A stretch of DNA of 10,881 nucleotides from Abditibacteriaceae bacterium. Its GTDB lineage: Bacteria; Armatimonadota; Abditibacteriia; Abditibacteriales; Abditibacteriaceae. The notes beneath the pieces were generated by a model. That model worked only from the letters and a program-made list of their open reading frames with translations. It was not told the origin of the DNA and did no database searches. The translations under genes and the position numbers were made by a program. Location of the stretch: the NCBI GenBank assembly GCA_031372065.1, contig JANMKN010000204.1:1-10881 (forward strand), read 5' to 3'. Of the stretch, positions 1 to 5,659 are shown in pieces; position 1 is the first letter of the stretch; the number at the start of each line of letters is the position of its first letter.

Positions 1-28
1 GAGCGCCCTTTGCAGGACGCTCTTTTTT
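1..28. terminator. Probable (bidirectional) intrinsic terminator downstream of the minus-strand secreted-protein gene
   Basis: On the - strand: GAGCGTCCT-GCAA-AGGGCGCTC, a 9-bp stem with one G-U pair and a GNRA loop, 26 nt after the stop at 49. On the + strand the hairpin is followed by TTTTTT (23-28). The - strand U-tract would lie outside the window. Confidence 0.65.
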
Positions 29-48
29 AGATGGCGGGGCATAAAGCC

Positions 49-411
49 TTATTTGACTGGCTCTTTGGGCTTGTCCTTGTTGGCGGCGGCTTGCTTTTCG
101 CGGAAGGCTTTTTGTTTGGCGTTCCATTCTTCCAACGTCAGGCCGACAGCTTTGGCAAGCGATTCGTTGTAGGCTTTAGTCGCTTCCTGCACGGCTTTTT
201 TCTGGTCGTCGGTGAGTGGCGTGCCTAAAACCTGCTCGATGCGCTTGATTTGCATCATAGCCGGGGCGTTCTGCGCACCTTTTTTGCCCCCCTTATGACG
301 GCTGGAATCTTGGCCTTTTCCTTTTCCATCGCCCGGCGCCGCGATTAACTGGCTGCCCGTGACGGCCAGAGACAGCGCTAAGGCGCCTGCCACTAAAATC
401 TTCTTGTTCAT
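49..411 (-). CDS. Small secreted/periplasmic hypothetical protein (120 aa), signal peptide plus Lys/Gly-rich linker and helical domain
   Basis: ATG at 411 is preceded by AAGGAG (SD). N-terminus MNKKILVAGALALSLAVTGSQLIAA looks like a Sec signal peptide. The LTDDQKK motif resembles LTxxQ (Spy/CpxP-like) motifs. Start trimmed from the ORF-track call at 492. Confidence 0.8.
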   Translation of the reverse strand: MNKKILVAGALALSLAVTGSQLIAAPGDGKGKGQDSSRHKGGKKGAQNAPAMMQIKRIEQVLGTPLTDDQKKAVQEATKAYNESLAKAVGLTLEEWNAKQKAFREKQAAANKDKPKEPVK

Positions 412-555
412 GCCATTCTCCTTGCCACCGCGTGAGGATTTTTCGGTTTCTGGCAGGATGCGGCGGCATATCCTGCTTTGGTAATTGAGCAAACCTTTTA
501 GACGGGGGCCTTCTGATGGGAGTTGCGGAGCCTATTGTTTTGCTTATGGAAGAAC

Positions 556-587
556 ATTGTGAAAAATTTCTCAGCATTTCTCACAAT
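556..587. promoter_or_regulatory. Rex operator-like site within a 32-bp imperfect palindrome upstream of rex
   Basis: 557-574 TTGTGAA-AAAT-TTCTCAG matches 12/14 of the Rex consensus TTGTGAA-N4-TTCACAA. 556-567 ATTGTGAAAAAT and 576-587 ATTTCTCACAAT are inverted repeats (11/12). Confidence 0.7.
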
Positions 588-601
588 ATAGGGAAGGGGT
601 T

Positions 602-610
602 TGTTAAGAT
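602..610 (+). promoter_or_regulatory. Candidate extended -10 promoter element for rex
   Basis: TG-T-TAAGAT fits TGn-TAnnnT. It lies in an AT-rich region ~70 nt upstream of the ATG, and its -35 position would overlap the right arm of the operator palindrome. Confidence 0.3.
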
Positions 611-679
611 TTAAATCAGCAATCCCCACAACGGCGTATTTTGACCGCGAAATTTGTGAAAGGAGTTGCCATAGGACCG

Positions 680-1336
680 ATGAAAATTGTGAATGAGGCT
701 GGTGTAGACAAAAATCTGTTAAAAGTGCCTCAACCGACAATTGAGCGCTTGAGTGCTTATTTGCAATGCATTCGCGGCCTGCGCACCGATGGCACGCTCA
801 CCGCGTCTTCCACCGAAATCGCCCAGCGCACCGGCATTAATGCGGCGCAGTTTCGCAAAGACCTGTCGTATTTTGGCGAGTTCGGCACGCCCGGTTTGGG
901 CTACGATTTGGCGGATTTGGAAGCCCATATTTCGCGAATTATGGGCTTAGACGAGCAGCATGACGTGATTTTGGTGGGCGCCGGCAACTTGGGCAATGCA
1001 CTTTCGCAGTATATGGGCTTTGAGCATCGTGGATTTCGCATCGTGGCCGCCTTTGACGTGGATGCCAAGAAGGTCGGTCAAACTATGGGTTCGTGCCCGA
1101 TTTATCACATTGATGAACTGGCGAAAATCAACGCGCAATTGAATGCCCAGGTTGGCGTCGTGGCGGTGCCGCGCACAGCGGCGCAAGAGGCCGTTGACAA
1201 ATTGGTGGCCTCTGGCGTGCAAGCGATTCTCAACTTCGCTCCAGTCGCGCTTTTAGTGCGGCCCGGCATTGTGGTGCGCAATGTGGATTTGACCTCTCAA
1301 ATGGAGGTTTTGTCCTATTATTTGCAATCCAAGTGA
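680..1336 (+). CDS. rex: Redox-sensing (NADH/NAD+) transcriptional repressor Rex
   Basis: N-terminal winged HTH (PTIERLSAY...QFRKDLSYFGEFGTPGLGY), Rossmann GAGNLG, AAFDVD and C-terminal AILNFAP motifs. ATG 680 preferred over TTG 641 because AGGAG/AGGA lie upstream. Confidence 0.95.
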   Translation: MKIVNEAGVDKNLLKVPQPTIERLSAYLQCIRGLRTDGTLTASSTEIAQRTGINAAQFRKDLSYFGEFGTPGLGYDLADLEAHISRIMGLDEQHDVILVGAGNLGNALSQYMGFEHRGFRIVAAFDVDAKKVGQTMGSCPIYHIDELAKINAQLNAQVGVVAVPRTAAQEAVDKLVASGVQAILNFAPVALLVRPGIVVRNVDLTSQMEVLSYYLQSK

Positions 1337-1348
1337 GAAAATTCACAA
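1331..1348. promoter_or_regulatory. Second Rex operator-like site overlapping the rex stop codon, upstream of the prenyl synthase
   Basis: AAGTGAG-AAAA-TTCACAA: perfect right half-site, GTGA core in the left half (11/14), correct spacing and AT-rich spacer. Confidence 0.55.
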
Positions 1349-1465
1349 ATTTTAGTGCAAACGTTTCGCGAAATATGCGCGAACTAAAAGTGATGTAGGG
1401 CCGTCGTTTGGCGGTAAAGCTGGCTGGGAAAAGTTTTTGATGCCAGCGAAAGACGTGGTGTAGTC

Positions 1466-2665
1466 ATGAGTTCAACCATGAAAAATAATGGAGCCATTAC
1501 CATGCTGCCTGAAGCGGCATTGGCACAGGCGGCGAAAGCGGCCAAAAGCGCTAACGGGCACACGCCAACAACACATTACGGCTTGAAAAATGGCGCGGCG
1601 TTGCAATCGGCAAAAAATGGCGTGGCCCCTGAAACGAGCCAAAATAGCGAAAACGCCTTTGTAAGCGCGCCGCCCGTGGATATTTATGCCCAGTTGGCGA
1701 CGCTGGAGAATTGCCTCGAATCGGTTGAAGTGGAAATTTCGCGCATGATTTCCACGCCGGTCAAACTCATTTCCGATATTGCCTCGCACACTTTGGGCGC
1801 CGGTGGCAAGCGTTTGCGTCCGGCGCTGACGATGTTATGTGCGCAGATGTGCGGCGACGATCCGCACGATCCGCATCCGCACGCCATTAAGTGCGCCGCC
1901 GCTGTCGAACTGACTCACACCACCACACTTTTACACGATGATGTTGTAGATGATGCTGCGGTGCGGCGCGGCAAACCTGCCGCGAATTTAATTTGGGGCA
2001 ATGAAACCAGTGTTTTAGTTGGCGATTTCCTTTTTGCACAGGTTTTCGTGGCCGCTTCGCGCGAAGGCTTGGTCAACAATATGCTTTTGCCGCTGGCTGT
2101 AGCGACTTCGGAAATGTGCGCCGGCGAACTGATGGAAACGCAAATGCGCTGCGATTTGGAAATGAGCGAAGATCAATATCTGGAAATCATTTCTATGAAA
2201 ACTGCCGCGCTCACCGATTGCGCTTGTCGTTTGGGCGGATTAGCCTTGAGCGCGGATGATGAGGCTATTAAACGCCTTGGCCGTTACGGTTACGATGTTG
2301 GCATGGCGTTTCAAATTGTGGATGACGTTTTTGATATTGTTTCCACACAAAATCGTATCGGCAAGCCGGTTGGCAACGACATTCGCGAAGGTGATATAAC
2401 TTTGCCGATGCTACGAGCCATGCAAACCGGCAGCGAAGAAGACCGCGAATTTTTGCGGAGCGTTATCGGGCAAGAGCCGCTGGACGAGGACGAGGTCGAA
2501 CGCGCTCTAAACATCATTCGCAACAGCGGCGGCGTGGAATATTCTCTCGATAAAGCGCGCGAGTATGTGGAATCGGCTAAGGCACAATTGGAGCCGTTTG
2601 ACGATAGCCCGGCCCGCAAAATGTTGCTTTCGATTGCCGATTACGTTCTCAATCGCGAAAAGTAA
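1466..2665 (+). CDS. Long-chain trans-polyprenyl diphosphate synthase (HepT/IspB-like; quinone side chain)
   Basis: GGKRLRP, FARM LLHDDVVD followed by RRG, GDFL, KTA, SARM FQIVDDVFD and GKPVGNDIREG motifs. Small residues (Thr) at -4/-5 before the FARM are consistent with a long-chain product. Start uncertain (alternative ATGs in the low-complexity N-terminus). Confidence 0.9.
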   Translation: MSSTMKNNGAITMLPEAALAQAAKAAKSANGHTPTTHYGLKNGAALQSAKNGVAPETSQNSENAFVSAPPVDIYAQLATLENCLESVEVEISRMISTPVKLISDIASHTLGAGGKRLRPALTMLCAQMCGDDPHDPHPHAIKCAAAVELTHTTTLLHDDVVDDAAVRRGKPAANLIWGNETSVLVGDFLFAQVFVAASREGLVNNMLLPLAVATSEMCAGELMETQMRCDLEMSEDQYLEIISMKTAALTDCACRLGGLALSADDEAIKRLGRYGYDVGMAFQIVDDVFDIVSTQNRIGKPVGNDIREGDITLPMLRAMQTGSEEDREFLRSVIGQEPLDEDEVERALNIIRNSGGVEYSLDKAREYVESAKAQLEPFDDSPARKMLLSIADYVLNREK

Positions 2666-2720
2666 AAGGTGTGAGTGTGAAGGTGTGAGTGTGCCTGTTG
2701 CTGATTGCCAGTTTGCTGAT
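2666..2720. repeat. Tandem 14-mer x2 followed by degenerate heptamers
   Basis: AAGGTGTGAGTGTG x2 exact (2666-2693) starts immediately after the TAA stop, then GCCTGTT GCTGATT GCCAGTT (T)GCTGAT (2693-2720). Confidence 0.75.
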
Positions 2721-2726
2721 GTGGCT

Positions 2727-3392
2727 ATGCTACCGAGTTCTCGTCCGCCTTTGACTGACAACCGCCCACCGACCACCGACAACAGTTTGCAGGCCACGCG
2801 TCTGGGCAAGCGTTACGGCGCGCGAGTAGTTTTTAAAAATCTTGATTTTGCTGTCAGCAATGGCTGTGTGGCGGCGATCTTAGGAGCGAACGGAGCCGGA
2901 AAAAGCACGCTTTTGCGTTTAAGTGCTGGTCTTTTGCGGCCCGATGCCGGTGAAATCAAGTTTCGCACGGCGCAAAACGAAATTTCCGGCGGCAAATTGC
3001 GCGAAATTTGCGGATTATCAGCGCCCGACGCGCCGGTTTATCGGGAACTGACGTGCTTTGAAAATTTGGAATTCTTCGCTCAAGCGCGCGGCGTGGATTT
3101 TTCGGAAACCGCGTTGCTTTTGCAGCTTGAAAAGTTCGCTTTGCGCGCGCGGCGCCACGATTTAGCGGGCGATTTATCCAGCGGCCTGCGCGCCCGTTTG
3201 CAATTAGCCGTTGCCACGTTGCACGCGCCGCCGCTGTTATTATTGGATGAGCCATCGGCCAATTTAGACGACGCGGGCCGCGCCCTCTTAAAGCGCGTTT
3301 TGGAAGAACAACGCGCGCGTGGCTTGGCTTTAGTGGCGACAAACGACTCGCGCGATTTGGAATTATGCGACGCGCGCATTGAGGTAAGATGA
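2727..3392 (+). CDS. ccmA: Heme exporter / cytochrome c maturation ABC ATPase CcmA
   Basis: Walker A GANGAGKST, signature LSSGLRARL, Walker B LLLLDEP, short stand-alone ATPase coupled (ATGA overlap) to ccmB. Start uncertain: ATG 2727 or GTG 2691 (AAGGTG upstream). ORF-track start 2565 lies inside the upstream gene. Confidence 0.85.
   Translation: MLPSSRPPLTDNRPPTTDNSLQATRLGKRYGARVVFKNLDFAVSNGCVAAILGANGAGKSTLLRLSAGLLRPDAGEIKFRTAQNEISGGKLREICGLSAPDAPVYRELTCFENLEFFAQARGVDFSETALLLQLEKFALRARRHDLAGDLSSGLRARLQLAVATLHAPPLLLLDEPSANLDDAGRALLKRVLEEQRARGLALVATNDSRDLELCDARIEVR
2754..2781 (+). repeat. Heptamer tandem array (ACYGACM family), 4 units
   Basis: ACTGACA ACCGCCC ACCGACC ACCGACA, same family as 5624-5658. 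Confidence 0.75.
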
Positions 3393-4078
3393 CCAACTCG
3401 TCACTTGTCACACGTCAATCGTCACTCAAAATGGCTCGCGCTGTTTTTCTCAAAGATTGGCGCGGCGAATGGCGCGTGCGTGCGGCATTGAATGCGATTG
3501 TGCTTTTTGCGATTGCGGCGCCGATTGCGCTCAGTTTCAGTGTGGCGCGGCAGCATTTGGAGCCGGAAACGCAGGGCGGCTTGTTATGGGCCGTATTATT
3601 ATTCGCAGCATTGGTTGGTTTATCGCGCGCTTTTGTCAAAGAAGAAGAAAGCGGCACGGCGCACCTGTTAAAATTGAGTTGCCCGCCGCAAGCCGTGATG
3701 TGGGGTAAAGCGGCCTTTAATTTGACATTGCTCGTCGCCACGCAATTGGCCGCTGTGCCGATTTTTATGGTATTGCTGGGCGCCAAGCCGTTTTTGCCGG
3801 GCGCGCTGTTTTTGGTTTTACTGCTCGGCGACATTGGACTCGCGGGCGTTTCGACTTTGCTCGGCGCGATGGCCGCGCAAACGCGTTCGCGCGGCGCCTT
3901 GTTTGCAGCGATTGCGATTCCGGTTTTGCTGCCGCTTTTGGTGGCCGCTGCCGAAGCCACTGCTATCGCCTTTGGCAAGCCCGGCTCGGTTGCGGTGCCA
4001 TTGCAAATGTTAGCCTCTTACGATGCAGCCATGTTAGCCGCCGCGTGGATGCTGTTTGATTTTGTGTGGGCACCTTGA
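3389..4078 (+). CDS. ccmB: Heme exporter permease CcmB
   Basis: Hydrophobic ~6-TM protein with KDWRGEWR N-terminus, FVKEEESGT..LL (cf. F..D...G.L..L) and IPVLLPLL motifs, located between ccmA and ccmC. Alternative start ATG 3431. Confidence 0.9.
   Translation: MTNSSLVTRQSSLKMARAVFLKDWRGEWRVRAALNAIVLFAIAAPIALSFSVARQHLEPETQGGLLWAVLLFAALVGLSRAFVKEEESGTAHLLKLSCPPQAVMWGKAAFNLTLLVATQLAAVPIFMVLLGAKPFLPGALFLVLLLGDIGLAGVSTLLGAMAAQTRSRGALFAAIAIPVLLPLLVAAAEATAIAFGKPGSVAVPLQMLASYDAAMLAAAWMLFDFVWAP
3394..3428 (+). repeat. Heptamer tandem array (TCACTYG family), 4-5 units
   Basis: CAACTCG TCACTTG TCACACG TCAATCG TCACTCA, encoding NSSLVTRQSSL if ccmB starts at 3389. Confidence 0.7.
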
Positions 4079-4083
4079 ACGGC

Positions 4084-4192
4084 AGTTTTGAGTTAGGAGT
4101 TTTGAGTTGATTTTGTGCGCTTTGCGCTTTTTGTAGCGGCGCAAAGCGCCACCAATTCAACTCAAAACTCCTAACTCAAAACTCCTAACTCA
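4084..4192. repeat. Long palindromic element made of opposed heptamer arrays around a GC-rich inner stem
   Basis: 4084-4110 AGTTTTG AGTTAGG AGTTTTG AGTTGA is the exact reverse complement of 4157-4183 (27/27). Inner IR GCGCTTTGCGC (4117-4127) / GCGCAAAGCGC (4139-4149), 11-nt loop. The right arm has an extra unit to 4192. Confidence 0.95.
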
Positions 4193-4196
4193 TTCT

Positions 4197-4832
4197 ATGA
4201 TTTTCAACATCATTATTGGAATTTGGGTGACGGCGGGCATTTTGATGGGCTTTGCCAAAACGCCAGCGGTTCAATTGGTGGACACGCCGATTGCTTTCAT
4301 GCACATTCCGATGGCGATCACGATGGAAGTGGCGTTTTTGGGCGCGGCCATTTATGGCGGCTTATGGCTCGCGCGGCGGCGTCCGGGCGATGACGCGATG
4401 TCGCTGGCCTTTGCCGAAATCGGTTTGTGGTTTGGCCTGATTGCCACTACGACGGGTTCGATTTGGGCAAAAGTGAACTGGAATGCTTATTGGAGTTGGG
4501 ACCCGCAGCAAACCGGAATCGTGGCGACGCTGCTCACTTATGCGGCGCTTTTTGCTTTGCGAAATGCCAACGATGACGAAAACAAAGCGCGCGATTTGTG
4601 GGCGGTTTACGCGATTTTTGGATTTATCGCGGCGATTTTTTGGACGTATATGTTTCGTCGCTTGCTGCCGACTTTGCATCCCGAAAATATCATGGCGCAA
4701 AGCGACGACACTTTTAAGACAGTGCTGCGCTTCAATTATCTTGGTTTCATTTTGCTGATGATCCGCATTGTGCAACTGCGCGCCCGCGTGGAGCGCGCTT
4801 CGTTGCGTTTAAGGGAAATGTCATGGATGTAA
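4197..4832 (+). CDS. ccmC: Heme exporter / heme-handling protein CcmC
   Basis: WWD domain TGSIWAKVNWNAYWSWDP, flanking His ligands FMHIP and TLHP, position after ccmAB. Confidence 0.93.
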   Translation: MIFNIIIGIWVTAGILMGFAKTPAVQLVDTPIAFMHIPMAITMEVAFLGAAIYGGLWLARRRPGDDAMSLAFAEIGLWFGLIATTTGSIWAKVNWNAYWSWDPQQTGIVATLLTYAALFALRNANDDENKARDLWAVYAIFGFIAAIFWTYMFRRLLPTLHPENIMAQSDDTFKTVLRFNYLGFILLMIRIVQLRARVERASLRLREMSWM

Positions 4833-4993
4833 ATGTGCTAATGAAAAACGCGCCGATTGTCATTGTGGCGCTGATAACATGGGGCGGCGTTTTCGCATAT
4901 TTGGTGCGCTTGGAAATGCTGACGCGCAACCTCGAAAAACAAGCCGAAATCGCGCGCGAACAGCGCGACGAAGAAGGCGAAATCTCCTCATAG
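4823..4993 (+). CDS. ccmD: CcmD family small membrane protein (56 aa; not in the ORF track)
   Basis: Hand translation: MDVNVLMKNAPIVIVALITWGGVFAYLVRLEMLTRNLEKQAEIAREQRDEEGEISS*. Single TM with W..VF.YL.RL pattern plus charged tail. SD AAGGGA at 4811-4816, overlaps the ccmC 3' end. Confidence 0.85.
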   Translation: MDVNVLMKNAPIVIVALITWGGVFAYLVRLEMLTRNLEKQAEIAREQRDEEGEISS

Positions 4994-5017
4994 ACCGCAA
5001 ATTTCAATTGTAAAACC

Positions 5018-5641
5018 ATGAAATTGTTGCCGTTGGCGCTGAACGTGCAAAACCGGCGCTGCGTGATTTTCGGAGCGGGCGCCGTGGCACGGCGCAAAGC
5101 GCTATCGCTGCTCGAATGCGGCGCACAACTTTTGGTTGTCGCGCCGCATTTTGACGAATCGTGGGCCGATTTTTCGTGCGAAAAAAGTATGCGCCTTTAC
5201 CAAACGGGCGATTGCGCGGGCGCTTTGTTAATATTCGCTTGCACCAATGATGTCGAAGTCAACCGTCAAATCGCCGACGAAGCGCACCAATTGAACATTT
5301 TGTGCAACGTAGCCGACGAAGGCGAGGCCGGTGATTTTCATTCTATGGCCGCTTTGCGGCGCGGCGATATTTGCATTGGAATTTCAACTTCGGGCGGTAG
5401 TCCGGCGCTTTCGCGGCACTTGAAAGAGAAAATCGGTGAAACCATCGGGCCGGAATACGATTCTTTGCTTGACTCCTTAGCCGCGCGCCGCGAAGCCTTG
5501 CCGCAAGTGATGAAAGAGCAAAGCCAGCGCGCCGCGTTCTGGCGCGCGGTTTTAGGAAGTGACATTCTAAATTTGCTGCGTGCGGGCCAAACGGAAGACG
5601 CCGAAAAATTACTGCAAACTTTTCTGACCACTGACCACTGA
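5018..5641 (+). CDS. Precorrin-2 dehydrogenase / sirohydrochlorin ferrochelatase (SirC/Met8p/CysG N-terminal-like)
   Basis: LPLALNVQNRRCVIFGAGAVARRKA NAD-binding motif, ACTND..VN, CNVAD, ISTSGGSPALS and R.AFW. No methyltransferase domain. Confidence 0.9.
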   Translation: MKLLPLALNVQNRRCVIFGAGAVARRKALSLLECGAQLLVVAPHFDESWADFSCEKSMRLYQTGDCAGALLIFACTNDVEVNRQIADEAHQLNILCNVADEGEAGDFHSMAALRRGDICIGISTSGGSPALSRHLKEKIGETIGPEYDSLLDSLAARREALPQVMKEQSQRAAFWRAVLGSDILNLLRAGQTEDAEKLLQTFLTTDH

Positions 5642-5658
5642 CAACCAACCACTGACGA
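5624..5658 (+). repeat. Heptamer tandem array (CTGACCA family), 5 units, spanning the sirC stop codon
   Basis: CTGACCA CTGACCA CTGACAA CCAACCA CTGACGA. The TGA at 5639-5641 is part of unit 3 and the array ends 1 nt before the hemA ATG. Confidence 0.9.
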
Positions 5659-5659
5659 A

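Noticed and set aside
412..492. ORF-track extension of the minus-strand secreted protein
   Set aside because: A strong SD and signal peptide point to ATG 411.
293..740. Short minus-strand ORFs across the divergent promoter region (293-577, 498-740) and other short overlapping ORFs in the track
   Set aside because: They overlap better-supported genes or regulatory DNA and lack RBS and recognisable motifs.
881..903. Rex wing motif GTPGLGY (Pro where Arg is common) as a sign of an inactive Rex
   Set aside because: All other HTH and NADH-binding motifs are intact and operator-like sites are adjacent; a single substitution cannot be interpreted without an alignment.
2565..2726. ORF-track N-terminal extension of CcmA (MWNRLRH...)
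   Set aside because: Overlaps 100 bp of the prenyl synthase in another frame and crosses repeat DNA; not ABC-like.
4084..4192. Palindrome as a classical Rho-independent terminator or an autonomous IS
   Set aside because: No U-tract follows the stem on the + strand, and it has no transposase or clear target-site duplication. Kept as a repeat element instead.
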